The notes: a model not told the origin generated them from the sequence alone. A stretch of DNA of 64,000 nucleotides from Sulfurimonas sp. UBA6792 (GCA_002452425.1 DKFQ01000066.1:906-64905), one strand, 5' to 3'. Shown: positions 28,917-41,596, counted from the stretch's first letter. Numbers and translations are program-made.

Positions 28917-31900
28917 ATTTTTACTACTTTTGACTCTTTTTATCTTTTTGCAATATGGAATATTTGTTCAAAATGTCTCGTTTTCAAATATTAAAGCGGA
29001 GCAATTATACATAAAATGGGATGAAAAAATAAGAGTACATGTCAAAGAGATAACTATCGTAAAAACAGAAGAAAAAGAGATCTCTTTAGATGAGTTTCAA
29101 ACTCTTCTTACTTCCTTGAAACCACAACTTGCCTACCTTAGCCTCTTTGAAGAGATAAACCTTGAGAAAGTAACTTTTGATAATTTTAACTTAGAAGCAA
29201 AATACAGCGAAGCAAATGATGGATTTATAAAGCTCTCCTCACCAGAAGTAGCACTAGAGGGGCTTCTTACTTCCGATGGAACTTTTTTTCATCTTCTGCT
29301 TCAAAAGTGTGAAATCATCAACAAAGCTCTCAAGATAGAAGGAGATGTAGTTTTTACCGCAAAAGAGGCGCTTGAGCTTACAACTGCACTCCAAGTTACT
29401 CTACAAGACGAAACAGTGCTGAAGCTCTACACGCATAGCAACAGAGAAAAGTTACATTATGCGATAGAATCAGAGCAAAAAATAAAAAATATGAAACAGA
29501 TAGTAACACTCTTTGATTTTGCCCCAGAGCTCAAATACTGGATTCACGATGCAATAATGCTCTCAAGTTTAGAACTTCAAGCACTCTATGGCTGGCTTGA
29601 GTATGAAAAGATGGAGGATGCATACCTAAATATCTATGCAAAAGCTGTAGCAAATGATTTGATTTACACTTATGATACAAAAGTAGCACCCATTAGAACA
29701 AAAATGACGGATTTGGAGTTTAAAAATGGCGTACTTTTTATCCGACCTCAAAATGCCTACTCCTATGATTTTTTTCTTGATAAAAGCTGGCTAAAGATTG
29801 ATTTTACTACAAAAGAGGAGCTTTTAACACTACATCTTCTCTTCAAGGGTCAAGCAAACAAAGACCTACTCCATCTGCTCAATAATTATGAAATAAAGCT
29901 TCCATTTGTCCAAACAAAAGGAATGATAGATACTGATTTGACACTAGAGATAAACCTCATGACGCTCGATGTTGAGGCAGTCGGAGATTTTTATGCAAAA
30001 GAGTCGCAGATACACTATTTGGGACTTGATATCGATATTTTAGATGCACATGTTGTCCTTAAAAATTCTGATGTTCAAGTAAAAGGAATGAGGGCAGCTT
30101 ATAAAGATATAGCAACTGCGACTGTTGCTTTAGATTTGCAAGCTAAAAAGTCCATAGGCAAACTTGATTTTGCATTTGATACTATCTCTTTTGCTGACAA
30201 AAATCTCTCTCTTATGCCTAGTGAGAAGCCGCTTAGCATTACTTACTTTATCGATGAAAAACAAGATTATCTGAAAATAGCAAAATCACGATGGAACTAC
30301 AAAGAGCATGCTGTTGGAGTGGCTGCCACAAAAGTTCTCTTTGATATAAAAAACCTTAAAGCAAAAATCCCATCTACAAATATAAAAGCAGATGGGATAG
30401 CAACAGCTACGCTTTTGGGAGACATCTCCTTTGAATCACAAGAGGCTTTTTTTGACCTTACTCTTTTATCGCTGGATTATCTTGGCATCGGTATAAATGA
30501 AACTCCTAAATTGCAACTGACTTACAAAGATGGCTCAACAACAGTTGTGTCAAAAAATCCCCTCTCGCTTACCATGAATGACGGTAATAAAGTAAATTTT
30601 CAAAATGTAGCAGTCGCCATCTCAGATGATTTTATAAAACTTAACAATACCGCTTTTACTTATGCAGATATCCTCAAAGCAACTGCAAGCCTTAACTACA
30701 ATCGTAAAAATGAAGCTGGAACGATAGATGTCTCTGAGTTTTCTTTACAAAATGAAACATTTGGTTCAATTTTTGCAAGTAAAAACAAAACACAACTTCT
30801 TTTTGAAAATAAAAGAAACAGCACGCGCATATACTCCAAAGAGTATCAGCTTGAGTATCTGTTCGATAAAAATGAGTGGTTTTTCAAAATCGATTCCTTA
30901 GAAAAAATAGCGCAAAAATCGGAGATTTTACAAAAATATAGCCTTGAGAATGGTCACTTTAGAGCACAAAAAAAGAGTAGCCAAAAAGATATCTTGTTTT
31001 GGTTGAACACAGAGTATAAACATAAAATTCTTATAGAAGAGAACAAACCTGTAGAGAGCTATCTTGTTGCAGGGGCGTACAACACACAAAAAAGCCAAAC
31101 AATGCTCAAGATTAACGATGTTCTCACCATAGATGTCAAAGACACCATACAAATCAAAGCAGACAATCTTGGAATCAATATAGATGAAGTTATCAATATC
31201 TTTGATGACAATGCCACAGAAGAGGAAGATAAAGATAAAGATAAAGATAAAGATAAAAAGAAAAGTTCTCCCCTCATTTCCATCGACACTACGGGATGCT
31301 ATCTCTATTTGAACGAAAATAGAAATATTATCTCCGATAGTATGCATTTTGAGTATGCCGATGGAACGCTTCGTGGAGAGCTAAAGCATCAAGATGGGAG
31401 AGCAAATTTTCTACTCAAAGAGAAAAAATTTTATCTCTATGGTAAAAATTTTGGTGATACATTTATGGAAAAACTCTTCTCTCTCTCCAAATTTAAGGGC
31501 GGCTCTATGGAGTTTTATATAGGCGGACCACTCAAAGAGTATGATGGAACGATTCATATCAAAGATACAACCATTTTGGACTATAAGATTTTAAACAATG
31601 TCCTTGCTTTTGTAAACACCGTTCCTTCGCTTATGACCTTCTCTCTTCCTGGATATAACATCAAAGGCGTAGCTGCAAAAGAGGCATATGCAAAATTTAA
31701 ACTCAAAGAAGATGTTTATAAAATAAGTGATATTTACCTTAACTCAAAAGAGATAGAAATCGCGGGAATGGGTGAAGCAAGCATAAAACAAAACACAATT
31801 GATTTGGATCTCAATCTCATAACAAATCTTGGCAGTTCCTTTTCAAAAATACCTCTTGTTGGACATATTTTACTTGGCAACAAAAACATCTCCACCTCCC

Positions 31901-32040
31901 TGCGTGTAACAGGAGCCCTTGACGACCCAGATGTAACAACGCAAGTTACTAAAGATATTGCAGTAGCACCTTTTAACATCATCAAAAGAACACTTATGTA
32001 CCCTTTTGAACTCTTCAAAAGCGAAGAAGAGAAGAACTGA
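28846..32040 (+). CDS. AsmA-like / YhdP-type envelope protein
   Basis: N-terminal TM, long beta-rich body, C-terminal SKIPLVGHILLG..VTGALDDP AsmA_2-like motif. Confidence 0.8.
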   Translation: MNDNAIINAISKIQFATITLLSFIFLLLLTLFIFLQYGIFVQNVSFSNIKAEQLYIKWDEKIRVHVKEITIVKTEEKEISLDEFQTLLTSLKPQLAYLSLFEEINLEKVTFDNFNLEAKYSEANDGFIKLSSPEVALEGLLTSDGTFFHLLLQKCEIINKALKIEGDVVFTAKEALELTTALQVTLQDETVLKLYTHSNREKLHYAIESEQKIKNMKQIVTLFDFAPELKYWIHDAIMLSSLELQALYGWLEYEKMEDAYLNIYAKAVANDLIYTYDTKVAPIRTKMTDLEFKNGVLFIRPQNAYSYDFFLDKSWLKIDFTTKEELLTLHLLFKGQANKDLLHLLNNYEIKLPFVQTKGMIDTDLTLEINLMTLDVEAVGDFYAKESQIHYLGLDIDILDAHVVLKNSDVQVKGMRAAYKDIATATVALDLQAKKSIGKLDFAFDTISFADKNLSLMPSEKPLSITYFIDEKQDYLKIAKSRWNYKEHAVGVAATKVLFDIKNLKAKIPSTNIKADGIATATLLGDISFESQEAFFDLTLLSLDYLGIGINETPKLQLTYKDGSTTVVSKNPLSLTMNDGNKVNFQNVAVAISDDFIKLNNTAFTYADILKATASLNYNRKNEAGTIDVSEFSLQNETFGSIFASKNKTQLLFENKRNSTRIYSKEYQLEYLFDKNEWFFKIDSLEKIAQKSEILQKYSLENGHFRAQKKSSQKDILFWLNTEYKHKILIEENKPVESYLVAGAYNTQKSQTMLKINDVLTIDVKDTIQIKADNLGINIDEVINIFDDNATEEEDKDKDKDKDKKKSSPLISIDTTGCYLYLNENRNIISDSMHFEYADGTLRGELKHQDGRANFLLKEKKFYLYGKNFGDTFMEKLFSLSKFKGGSMEFYIGGPLKEYDGTIHIKDTTILDYKILNNVLAFVNTVPSLMTFSLPGYNIKGVAAKEAYAKFKLKEDVYKISDIYLNSKEIEIAGMGEASIKQNTIDLDLNLITNLGSSFSKIPLVGHILLGNKNISTSLRVTGALDDPDVTTQVTKDIAVAPFNIIKRTLMYPFELFKSEEEKN
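31228..31257 (+). repeat. In-frame hexanucleotide repeat (GATAAA)x5
   Basis: Perfect tandem repeat encoding (DK)5. Confidence 0.9.
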
Positions 32041-32048
32041 TCCTTCTT

Positions 32049-33251
32049 TTACTCGTTTCTTAAAACGGTAAGGATATCTACTTCACTCGCTTTTTTAGCA
32101 GGATAAAAAGAGGAGATGATAACAATAACAAAAGCGCCGACAACGATTGAGAAAAAGTCTTGTACACTCAAATCAAGGGGGAGTGTAGAGGTTGGATAGA
32201 CATCTTTTGGAAGATTAACGATATCAAAAGTGCTAAGTACCCACAAGCCGCTCATACCAAGAGCGATTCCTGCCAAAATACCGCTTGTTCCGATAACTAT
32301 ACCAAGATATAAAAACACTTTTTTAATCTCAGCAGGCGTTGTTCCAAGAGAGAGAAGGAGTGCGATTTCGCTTCTTCTGTTCATCACCGTCATCAACAAA
32401 GAGGAGATGATGTTGATAGCCGCAATGAGGATGATAAGCATCAGTACGATAAAAAGAGAGGCTTTTTCTAACTCCAATGCTGCAAAAAAGTTAACATTAT
32501 CTTCCCACCACCCTTTAATCGCAACGCTCTGAGGGAGAAGTTTTTTGATTTTTACAATATCTTCTTGCGGATTTGGGGAAAAAATATGGATTCCACTATA
32601 ATGGTTGCTTGGCAAGTTAAGGATTGTCTGAAGCGATTCAAGGCTTGTATAGTTATATGCTTTATCATACGCAGAGAGTCCTGAGTCAAAAACACCTTTG
32701 ACCTGAAATCTTTTGATTTTTGGAGTGACATTCATCCCACCTGGTTCTACGTGCGTAAAGATATACATCAACTTATCATCATCACGAAGTAAAAATTCAT
32801 CTTTGAGTGTTTTGCCTATCAAAACATCAAACTTCTCAAAGCTTTTCTCTTCTATCGCTTTTTTGACAACGCTGTTGACCTTTGCTTCACTCTTAAAATT
32901 AACTCCAAAAATATAGCCACCCTCGAGTTTTGAGCCGCTTCGTGCCATGATGGCAGACTGCACATAGGGGCTAAAAGCTAGTTCTGGAAACTCTAGCTCT
33001 AATGTCATGAGAAGGTCTTCGTTCACAGCGCCATAAAACTTTGGCATAATCGTCAAAGGATAGTTCATAATAGTAAGTTTTTTTCTAAACTCATTATCAA
33101 AACCATTCATAAGCGCCATCGCAATAATAAGCACCATAACACCCAGAGATATCCCTAAAAACGCCAAAAGCGCTGAGAGAAATATAAATGGTTGTTCGTT
33201 GTCAAAACGTAAAAACCTTTTTACTAGGTAAGAGACAATTGATGTTTTCAA
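32049..33251 (-). CDS. Lipoprotein-releasing ABC transporter permease LolC/E (LolF-type)
   Basis: [38 protein letters not shown]; probable TTG start overlapping the secA stop. Confidence 0.88.
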   Translation of the reverse strand: MKTSIVSYLVKRFLRFDNEQPFIFLSALLAFLGISLGVMVLIIAMALMNGFDNEFRKKLTIMNYPLTIMPKFYGAVNEDLLMTLELEFPELAFSPYVQSAIMARSGSKLEGGYIFGVNFKSEAKVNSVVKKAIEEKSFEKFDVLIGKTLKDEFLLRDDDKLMYIFTHVEPGGMNVTPKIKRFQVKGVFDSGLSAYDKAYNYTSLESLQTILNLPSNHYSGIHIFSPNPQEDIVKIKKLLPQSVAIKGWWEDNVNFFAALELEKASLFIVLMLIILIAAINIISSLLMTVMNRRSEIALLLSLGTTPAEIKKVFLYLGIVIGTSGILAGIALGMSGLWVLSTFDIVNLPKDVYPTSTLPLDLSVQDFFSIVVGAFVIVIISSFYPAKKASEVDILTVLRNE

Positions 33252-35824
33252 GAGGCAAAAACACCTTTTTTTGGACCGCTTTTGCCACAGCAAAGTTTAT
33301 ACTTTTTACCGCTTCCGCATGGGCAGAGATCATTTCTTGAAACTTTCGCCTTGTTATCGTTTGCCTCTTCTTCTAGCTGACGGTTAAATTGCATCGCTGC
33401 TTCTTGAATCTTTCTTTGTATATCAAGCTGCTCGGCGACACGTCTTGCCTCTTCTTCTGGGTCTTGTACTCTAAATTGGATAATTTGAAGAGTTTTGATA
33501 GTGTTGAACTTTATATCTTCAACAAGCTCGGTAAAGAGGTTGAAACTCTCTTTTTTGTACTCAACAAGCGGGTCTTTTTGGTTGTATGCACGAAGCCTAA
33601 TACCGGTTTTCATGTTGTCCATTGCATAAAGATGCTCTCTCCATGCGCTATCAAGCTCTTTTAAGTAGAGCTCTCTTTCAACTTCGCCGCGCGTAGCGAC
33701 GTCAAGTGCGCTCATCTTTGCATCATAAACATTTTTCACATTTTGTGTTACTGCTTCAAGGAGCTCTTCGTACTCAAGCGATGCATAGTCTGGCGGATTT
33801 AGCTCAAGATTTATCTCTTCGTGAAGTACTTTGAACACTTTTTCTAAATTAAAATCCTCTTTTGCTCCGCCGTTAAATACTCCAGAGTTGTTAAAAATAT
33901 GCTCTATATATTGCTCTCGTATCTCATCAACTTTTGATGCTATATCAAACTCTGTATCAAGAAGCTGGTTTCTAAACTTATAGACGATTTTTCTCTGCTC
34001 ATTGGCTACATCATCATACTCAACGATATGCTTTCTACCCTCGTAGTGCATATTTTCGACTTTTTTCTGAGCTTTTTCAACCGCACGAGTTACCATTTTT
34101 GACTCGATATACTCACCGTCTTCAACACCAAGACGCTCCATAATGCTCTTGATTTTATCACTTCCAAAGATGCGAAGAAGACTATCTTCAAGCGAGAGAT
34201 AAAACTGCGTCGTTCCATTGTCCCCTTGTCGTCCGCTTCTTCCTCTGAGCTGATTGTCGATACGGCGGTTTTCATGTCTCTCTGTTCCGATGATATAGAG
34301 ACCTCCAAGCGCTTTAACTTCATCATTTACTTTGATGTCAACACCACGTCCTGCCATATTTGTAGCGATAGTTACAGCACCCTTCGCACCGGCATTTTTA
34401 ATGATTTCACCCTCTTGTGCATGGTTTTTTGCATTTAAAACAGTGTGTGCGATTTTCTCTTTTTTAAGAAACTCATGAAGTGCTTCAGATTTTTCGATAG
34501 ATGCAGTACCTATAAGCACCGGTTGCCCGGTTTGGGAGAGTTTTTTGATAGTGTTGATAACAGCTTCAAACTTCTCTTTTTCTGTTTTATAAATCAAATC
34601 GTTCAAGTCAACCCTGGAAATAGGTATGTTAGTAGGAATGGAGATAACATCCAAACCATAAATCTGCGCAAATTCCGTCGCTTCTGTTTGCGCCGTTCCC
34701 GTCATACCTGCAAGTTTGTTGTACATTCTAAAGTAGTTTTGGAAAGTGATATCTGCAAGAGTTTGCGTCTCCTCTTTTATATCAACATTCTCTTTTGCCT
34801 CAAGAGCTTGATGCAATCCCTCCGAATAACGACGTCCTTCGCTGAGGCGCCCTGTAAACTCATCGACAATAACAACCTCGCCATTGTTTACAACATAGTC
34901 AACATCTTTTTCAAAAAGGTAGTTTGCTTTAAGTGCTTGGTCAAGTACATGCGAGAGTGACGCATTTTCAGGGCTGTAGAGATTTTCAACGCCAAAAAGT
35001 TCTTCTGCTCTTGTGATACCCTCTTCTGTCAAAAGAACCGTTCTATCTTTCTCATCCACACTAAAATGTTCGTCTTTTACAAGAGCAAGAGCGATACGGT
35101 TTGCATCTTTGAAATCTTTAAGCGTTCTGTTTGTCGGTCCTGAGATAATAAGCGGTGTTCGCGCCTCATCGATGAGGATACTGTCAACTTCATCAACAAT
35201 AACAAAATTGTGTCCTCTTTGGACCATATTTTGGCGAGAGTAGCTCATATTATCTCTAAGATAGTCAAATCCGAACTCGTTGTTTGTTCCGTATGTGATA
35301 TCTGCGCCATAAACTTCTCGCTTTACCATCGGGTCATGCATGTTTTCCAAAATAACACCAACGCTAAAACCTAAAAACTCATAAAGAGGGCGCATTTCAT
35401 TGCCGTCTCTTGAAGCTAGATAGTCGTTTACCGTTACAAGATGTACCCCATTGCCTGTCATGGCATTGAGAACAATAGGAAGCGTTGCAACAAGGGTTTT
35501 TCCTTCCCCTGTTTTCATCTCAGCAATCTTGCCCTCATGCAGAACTATCCCACCGACAAGCTGCACATCAAAGTGTCGCATGTTTAACACTCTTGAACTT
35601 GCTTCTCTTGTGATAGCAAAAGAGTCCGCCAAAACATCATCCAAGCTTTGTGCTCCAGACAAAACGCTCTCTTTTATCGCATTAAACGCCTCTTTGAGCG
35701 CATCATCACTTAGAGGCTTATACTTCTGCTCTAAATCGTTAATCCTGTTTACCATTTTTTTATATCTTTTTAATTCTCGATCATTTGAAGTACCAAAAAT
35801 TTTTCCCATTAATGCTTGTAGCAT
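33248..35824 (-). CDS. secA: Preprotein translocase SecA
   Basis: [39 protein letters not shown]-terminal [13 protein letters not shown]. Confidence 0.98.
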   Translation of the reverse strand: MLQALMGKIFGTSNDRELKRYKKMVNRINDLEQKYKPLSDDALKEAFNAIKESVLSGAQSLDDVLADSFAITREASSRVLNMRHFDVQLVGGIVLHEGKIAEMKTGEGKTLVATLPIVLNAMTGNGVHLVTVNDYLASRDGNEMRPLYEFLGFSVGVILENMHDPMVKREVYGADITYGTNNEFGFDYLRDNMSYSRQNMVQRGHNFVIVDEVDSILIDEARTPLIISGPTNRTLKDFKDANRIALALVKDEHFSVDEKDRTVLLTEEGITRAEELFGVENLYSPENASLSHVLDQALKANYLFEKDVDYVVNNGEVVIVDEFTGRLSEGRRYSEGLHQALEAKENVDIKEETQTLADITFQNYFRMYNKLAGMTGTAQTEATEFAQIYGLDVISIPTNIPISRVDLNDLIYKTEKEKFEAVINTIKKLSQTGQPVLIGTASIEKSEALHEFLKKEKIAHTVLNAKNHAQEGEIIKNAGAKGAVTIATNMAGRGVDIKVNDEVKALGGLYIIGTERHENRRIDNQLRGRSGRQGDNGTTQFYLSLEDSLLRIFGSDKIKSIMERLGVEDGEYIESKMVTRAVEKAQKKVENMHYEGRKHIVEYDDVANEQRKIVYKFRNQLLDTEFDIASKVDEIREQYIEHIFNNSGVFNGGAKEDFNLEKVFKVLHEEINLELNPPDYASLEYEELLEAVTQNVKNVYDAKMSALDVATRGEVERELYLKELDSAWREHLYAMDNMKTGIRLRAYNQKDPLVEYKKESFNLFTELVEDIKFNTIKTLQIIQFRVQDPEEEARRVAEQLDIQRKIQEAAMQFNRQLEEEANDNKAKVSRNDLCPCGSGKKYKLCCGKSGPKKGVFAS

Positions 35825-36008
35825 CTGCAACCTTATTGTAAGCGGGCAAAAAACACCGCTAAAGAAATTCTTTTTATTTTAACACACATAAAATTAGAAA
35901 TCGCATAAATAGGCACTTTTGTAAAAACTCCCTCTTCTGTTTTGCAAGATACTAAATAATATGTAAACGGTCACTAAGATATAATTTTTCAAAAACACAA
36001 AGGTACAA

Positions 36009-36524
36009 ATGAAACTCTTTTACGTAACACTCTTTTTAACAATGGAGCTTTTTGCTTCGCTTGATTCCATGACCTCTTTTGATGCAGATTTCGTTCAAAG
36101 CATCACGGATGAAGAGAATAAAACGATTCACTATAATGGACACATAGTTGCCTCAAAACCGCAAAATGCGAGATGGAGTTACTTTAAACCGATTAAAAAA
36201 GAGGTTTACATCAATGATTTTGAAGCGACTATTGTAGAGCCTGAGATAGAACAAGTTATCGTGCGACAAATAGAGTCAAATTTTGATTTTTTTAAGATTA
36301 TTGGCAAAGCAAAGAAAAATGCTCAAAACAGCTATACAGCGAACTATAAAGAGACGCAATTTACCATCAAGATAAACGAAGAACTTATAGAGTCTATCTC
36401 CTATAAAGATGAGTTTGAAAACAAAATCGTGATAGTTTTTAAAAATCAAAAACAGAACCAAACTATAGATAAAGCCCTTTTTACTCCAGTTTATCCGCTT
36501 TCTTTTGACATTATCAGGGATTAA
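36009..36524 (+). CDS. lolA: Outer-membrane lipoprotein carrier LolA
   Basis: Signal peptide, FDADFVQ, KPQNARWSY..P; divergent from secA-lolC/E. Confidence 0.85.
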   Translation: MKLFYVTLFLTMELFASLDSMTSFDADFVQSITDEENKTIHYNGHIVASKPQNARWSYFKPIKKEVYINDFEATIVEPEIEQVIVRQIESNFDFFKIIGKAKKNAQNSYTANYKETQFTIKINEELIESISYKDEFENKIVIVFKNQKQNQTIDKALFTPVYPLSFDIIRD

Positions 36525-38889
36525 GAGACGTTATTTCTACCCTGTTTCTTCCCCCATTTTTTGCACGATACAGCGCCTTGTCAGTCACTTTATATATCTC
36601 TGTAACGTCCATCGTGCATGCTTTTGGCACAAAGGAGAGACCTATAGAGAGCGAAAGGTAGCCTGAAATTGTGCTTGAGGCGTGTTCTATCTTTTGATTT
36701 TGGATACTTACTCTAAGAAGTTCTGCTCTCTCTTGTGCATTCTCTTGCGTTGCTGCATAAAAAGAGATAGCGAACTCCTCTCCTCCCACACGGTAAACAT
36801 AGTCGTTAGCTCTTTTAAAGAGGGAGAGCATCGTTTGTGCAACCACTTTGAGTGCTTCATCCCCTTTTTGGTGTCCATAAAAATCGTTATACTGCTTGAA
36901 ATAATCTATATCTACAATCAGTAAAACAAGATTTTTACCATCTCGCTTTGAAATTTTATAATCTTTCTCAAACTGCACATCAAAAAATCGTCGATTGTAA
37001 AGTCCAGTGAGTGCATCCGTAATAGAGTAGTGCTCGATTCTTTTTTTATCTGTGATATCACGAATAATCGCCGAAAAGCCCATGATGTTTCCATACTTAT
37101 CTATTTGTGGCGTAATGGTGGACTCTATCCAATAATCATTTCCATTTTTATTACGATTTTTTAACTCTCCTTTATAAATCTTGCCTTCAAGAATCGTTTT
37201 CCAAAGAGCCTCATGAACCTCTTTTGGCGTTTCTGGATGCGCAACAATAGAGTGAGATTTGCCTATAATTTCTTCTTTTGTGTATCCTGATATCTTAGTA
37301 AAAGCATCACTTACATCTGTGATGATTCCTTTGGTATTGGTTTTAGAGGTAATGACATACTGGTCTATAAGGTCGATGTATTTTTCACTTGTATCTAAGG
37401 ATTTTGCATCTCGCAAGAAACCGATAATCATATCAATAAAATAAGCAAAGTCTTCATTGTGGACGATATCATGTTTTTTTGTAAAAGCAAGCTGCAAAAC
37501 GCCAAAAATCTTCTCATAGTTCATAAGCGGAAGAGTACAGATGCTCGATGGCGTAACGGTGATGTTTTCTATACGAAAGAGCTTTTTTGGAGAACTCTCA
37601 AACTCCGTTGCGATCGATTTTTTTTGAACTGCGACTTCGCCAACAAGCCCTTCTCCAAGCTCAACAATAGGCTTCATCTCGTTAGTTGCATAAGAAGAAG
37701 CTAGGTAGAGTTTGTTGTTCTCTTCATGGAAGAGGTAAATCGCCCCTTGCACAACGCCAAACCTCTCTGAAAAAAAGTAGAGTGCTTGTGAGGCTATCTC
37801 TTCTATGGTATTGCACTTCTCAAGGTCATGTTTTAGTTTGATAATAGCTGTAAGATTGTTTTTAATCTTTTTTTCACTTTGCGCATAGAGCGTGTAACTT
37901 CTCACCATTGAAACAATAATAATAAGAATTAGCACAACAACAAAAACTCCAATAATAATTCCATAAAGCTTTGCTTGTTCAAGCTCTTTTAGTTTTTGGT
38001 GTAGCTTTTGATTGAGAAACTCGGCATCTGCGCGGTAGAGTGTGAAAATCTTATCTATTACGTTAGTAGAGAGCGTAAAAAATTCGATTGCCTTGATGTT
38101 TTCACCGCTAAGCAAAACCGTTTTTTTAACATACTCCTGCATCTTTTTTGTCTCTAAAGTGACATTTTCAAGATGTGCTAAAAGTCTTGCCTTCTCATCA
38201 CTATCTTGAATCTCTTCGATGGCTTTTTGCGCCTGTTTTGCGTGCTCTTCACAAAGAAGGCAGTTGTTTTTGATAGAGTATCGAAGCTCGGCGTCTGTGG
38301 AGTTCTCAAGTATAGCTCTGCTCGTTTTTGCCCTGATTTTTCCAACAACCTCTATAAGATTTGGAAGGTGTTTGAGCATGATATCGATAAGAAAATATTT
38401 ATCACCATCAGACTCCAAGAGTAGTTTAGACTTAAACCCAAGATAGTACATCTTCTCCTGAAGCTGTTCGATAACATAAGTGTATTTTTGATACAGAAGC
38501 GCCTTGTCTTCAAGAGAGCTATTGATCAAAGTTTCAATCTCATTTTTAATATACTCATACTCTTTATCGTAGAGTGTTGGGTAGAGTATTTTAAAATTTT
38601 TGCTATTTTCGATATCTTTTTGCGCATCTGCCTTGATAAGAGTAACATTGCTCACAACAAGAGCATAGTCTGCTTCACTCATCGAATTTTCATCAAACTG
38701 ACTATAGCCACGCAATTTCTGGATTTTAAGGATAAATTTTTGCACCTCTTGTGCAAAGTTCACACCGTCGATTTTCTCCTTTGTTTTAGCTATCTCGCTG
38801 TTATAGTTGTTTATGAAATTGCCAAATAAAAAGAGCGTTCCGCCAATAAGAAAAAGAATTAAAACGATAAATTTATATATTTTTTGCAT
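36514..38889 (-). CDS. Membrane diguanylate cyclase (periplasmic NIT-like sensor, GAF, PAS, GGDEF)
   Basis: Two TMs, GAF (GEGLVGEVA), PAS (SGYTKEEIIG..H), DALTGLYNRR, RAND I-site, GGEEF. Confidence 0.9.
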   Translation of the reverse strand: MQKIYKFIVLILFLIGGTLFLFGNFINNYNSEIAKTKEKIDGVNFAQEVQKFILKIQKLRGYSQFDENSMSEADYALVVSNVTLIKADAQKDIENSKNFKILYPTLYDKEYEYIKNEIETLINSSLEDKALLYQKYTYVIEQLQEKMYYLGFKSKLLLESDGDKYFLIDIMLKHLPNLIEVVGKIRAKTSRAILENSTDAELRYSIKNNCLLCEEHAKQAQKAIEEIQDSDEKARLLAHLENVTLETKKMQEYVKKTVLLSGENIKAIEFFTLSTNVIDKIFTLYRADAEFLNQKLHQKLKELEQAKLYGIIIGVFVVVLILIIIVSMVRSYTLYAQSEKKIKNNLTAIIKLKHDLEKCNTIEEIASQALYFFSERFGVVQGAIYLFHEENNKLYLASSYATNEMKPIVELGEGLVGEVAVQKKSIATEFESSPKKLFRIENITVTPSSICTLPLMNYEKIFGVLQLAFTKKHDIVHNEDFAYFIDMIIGFLRDAKSLDTSEKYIDLIDQYVITSKTNTKGIITDVSDAFTKISGYTKEEIIGKSHSIVAHPETPKEVHEALWKTILEGKIYKGELKNRNKNGNDYWIESTITPQIDKYGNIMGFSAIIRDITDKKRIEHYSITDALTGLYNRRFFDVQFEKDYKISKRDGKNLVLLIVDIDYFKQYNDFYGHQKGDEALKVVAQTMLSLFKRANDYVYRVGGEEFAISFYAATQENAQERAELLRVSIQNQKIEHASSTISGYLSLSIGLSFVPKACTMDVTEIYKVTDKALYRAKNGGRNRVEITSLNP

Positions 38890-38953
38890 TATTTAAAAGT
38901 CCAAGAAAGTAATAGGTGGTGTATTTTAGCAAAAGAAGAGGAAAAAGATGCAA

Positions 38954-38979
38954 TTTGGCGCAAATCTCTTTGCGCCAAA
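38954..38979 (-). terminator. Hairpin after acnB
   Basis: TTTGGCGCAAA-TCTC-TTTGCGCCAAA. Confidence 0.7.
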
Positions 38980-38982
38980 AGA

Positions 38983-41532
38983 TTAGAGTTTATAGTCTTT
39001 AATAAGGTTGAAGTTGAGATATTTGTAAATCTTAGCCTCTTTGCCTGCTATCTTCTTAGGAACTATCTCGTTGTACTCAGCAGCAGTCGGCAGGCGACCT
39101 AGTTTTGAACATACGGCAGCAAGTTCTGCAGAACCTAGATAAACCTTAGTATCTTTACCTAAACGGTTATCAAAGTTACGAGTTGAAGTTGAGAAAACAA
39201 CCGCACCATCAGCGACGCGCGCTTGGTTACCCATACAGAGTGAACATCCCGGAACCTCTGTTCTTGCACCTGAGCTGCCAAAGATAGAGTAGTAACCCTC
39301 TTCTGTAAGCTGTTTCTCATCCATTTTTGTCGGAGGACAAACCCATAGTCTTGTCGGAACTGCACCCTCGCCTCTTAGAACTTCACCAAGCGCACGGTAG
39401 TGACCTATGTTTGTCATACATGAACCGACAAACACTTCATCTATCTTAGTAGGACGATCACTTGCTAAAACTTCACTTAGCGTTGCAACATCATCTGGAT
39501 CATTTGGACATGCTAAAATCGGCTCTGTGATACTGTTTAGGTCGATTTCGATTACCGCTGCATACTCTGCATCTGCATCCGGTTTGAGAAGTGACGGATT
39601 TGCCAACCACTCGTTCATCTTATCGATACGTCTTTGTAATGTACGTTTATCTTCATAACCAGCTTGAATCATAGCCTCTAAAAGAACTACGTTTGACTTA
39701 AGGTACTCGATAACCGGCTCTTCATTTAAAAGAACTGTACATGCAGCAGCACTTCTCTCAGCTGACGCATCAGAGAGTTCAAATGCCTGCTCACACTTCA
39801 TGTTTGGCAGACCTTCAATCTCTAAAATACGACCGTTGAAGATATTTTTCTTATCTTTTTTTGCAACAGTTAAAAGCCCCTCTTTGATAGCTTGATGAGG
39901 GATAGCATTTACAAGGTCACGAAGCGTGATACCCGGTTGTAACTCTCCTTTAAAGCGTACAAGAACAGACTCCGGCATAGTTAACGGCATAGAAGCAGTA
40001 ACTGCCGCAAACGCAACGATTCCAGAACCACCAGGAAAAGAGATACCGATAGGGAAACGCGTATGACTATCTGCACCTGTTCCCACAGTATCCGGCAGAA
40101 CCATTCTATTTAACCATGAGTGGATAACCCCATCACCCGGACGAAGTGCAACACCTGAACGCTTTGAGATAAACTCTGGAAGTGTGTGGTGCATAACAAC
40201 ATCTGAAGGTTTTGGATATGCCGCCGTGTGACAAAATGACTGCATTACCAAATCAGCACTAAAACCAAGTGCCGCAAGTTCTACTATCTCATCTCTTGTC
40301 ATCGGTCCAGTTGTATCTTGAGAACCAACAGTTGATGTTACAGGCTCTACATACATCCCTGGGCGTACACCTGTCATGCCACATGCACGACCTACCATTT
40401 TTTGTGCAAGAGTATAACCTTTACCGCTATCGGCAGGCTGCTCTGGCGTCATAAATGCTTCTGAAACACCAAGTCCAAGAACACCACGAGCTTTTGCAGT
40501 TAAACCACGACCGATGATAAGCGGGATACGCCCACCTGCACGCACTTCATCAACGATAGTGTTTGGGTTTAGTTTAAATGTTGCTATGCACTTTCCGTCT
40601 TTGTGTGCCTCGCCTTTGTATGGATAGAGTGTTACCACATCACCCATCTCCATCTCAGTTACGCTCATCTCAAGCGGAAGTGCACCAGAGTCTTCACATG
40701 TAGCAAAGAAGATAGGAGCGATAATACCACCGATAACGATACCGCCTGTGCGCTTGTTAGGTACACCAGAGATATCTTCACCCATGTGCCACTGAACAGA
40801 GTTAACGCCAGATTTTCTTGAGCTTCCAGTTCCGACAACATCTCCAACATAAGCGATTGGATGTCCTTTTTCTTTAAGCTCTTTGATAGTACCCATTGGG
40901 TCACTCATCTTTGCAACAAGCATTGAGTTTGCGTGAAGAGGGATGTCTGAACGAGTAAACGCCTCAGATGCAGGAGAGAGGTCGTCTGTATTTGTCTCGC
41001 CGGCAACTTTAAACACTGTAAAAGTAATCTCCTCGGCAATAGCAGGCTTTGATGTGAACCACTCCGCATTTGCCCAAGAAGTGATAACTTCAGTAGCCGC
41101 CGCATTACCGGATTTGTGAAGTTCTTCTACATCATTAAACGCATCATAAACAAGAAGTGTATGTTTTAGTGCCTCTTTTGCCGCTTCTACAACTTTAGCG
41201 TTTTTAGAAGTAAGAGCATCAACCATCGGTTTGACGTTGTACCCGCCAAGCATCATACCCATCATAGTAACTGCTTGCTCAGGTGCAATTGATGCTACGC
41301 TGATTTTCTCACTTGCAACATCATTTAAAAATGCAGCTTTTACGTATGCAGCGTCATCAACACCTGGAGAGACACGGTTTGTAAGAAGATCAACATTTTG
41401 AGCTATGTCGCCTTCGCCTGCTTTTATCATCTCAACCAATGCAACAGCTTGCGCAGCGTTTAGTGGCAACGGCGGAACACCAAGAGTCTCTCTCTCTAAC
41501 GTATGTGCTTTATACTCTTCTATAAATGACAT
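38983..41532 (-). CDS. acnB: Aconitate hydratase B
   Basis: [47 protein letters not shown]. Confidence 0.97.
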   Translation of the reverse strand: MSFIEEYKAHTLERETLGVPPLPLNAAQAVALVEMIKAGEGDIAQNVDLLTNRVSPGVDDAAYVKAAFLNDVASEKISVASIAPEQAVTMMGMMLGGYNVKPMVDALTSKNAKVVEAAKEALKHTLLVYDAFNDVEELHKSGNAAATEVITSWANAEWFTSKPAIAEEITFTVFKVAGETNTDDLSPASEAFTRSDIPLHANSMLVAKMSDPMGTIKELKEKGHPIAYVGDVVGTGSSRKSGVNSVQWHMGEDISGVPNKRTGGIVIGGIIAPIFFATCEDSGALPLEMSVTEMEMGDVVTLYPYKGEAHKDGKCIATFKLNPNTIVDEVRAGGRIPLIIGRGLTAKARGVLGLGVSEAFMTPEQPADSGKGYTLAQKMVGRACGMTGVRPGMYVEPVTSTVGSQDTTGPMTRDEIVELAALGFSADLVMQSFCHTAAYPKPSDVVMHHTLPEFISKRSGVALRPGDGVIHSWLNRMVLPDTVGTGADSHTRFPIGISFPGGSGIVAFAAVTASMPLTMPESVLVRFKGELQPGITLRDLVNAIPHQAIKEGLLTVAKKDKKNIFNGRILEIEGLPNMKCEQAFELSDASAERSAAACTVLLNEEPVIEYLKSNVVLLEAMIQAGYEDKRTLQRRIDKMNEWLANPSLLKPDADAEYAAVIEIDLNSITEPILACPNDPDDVATLSEVLASDRPTKIDEVFVGSCMTNIGHYRALGEVLRGEGAVPTRLWVCPPTKMDEKQLTEEGYYSIFGSSGARTEVPGCSLCMGNQARVADGAVVFSTSTRNFDNRLGKDTKVYLGSAELAAVCSKLGRLPTAAEYNEIVPKKIAGKEAKIYKYLNFNLIKDYKL

Positions 41533-41596
41533 TATTTTTCCTGTATTGTAAAATTTTGTAAGATTGTAACGAAATAAAGAAACGCTAGAAGATGAG

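Noticed and set aside
35833..35916. 27-codon minus-strand uORF ([29 protein letters not shown]) ending at the secA RBS, with an AGCGG/CCGCT hairpin; considered as a SecM-like leader
   Set aside because: No signal peptide or known arrest motif (RAGP/RAPP-like), and an extended -10 (TGTTAAAAT, about 35876-35884) lies inside it, so it is probably not on the secA mRNA; Ribo-seq would settle it
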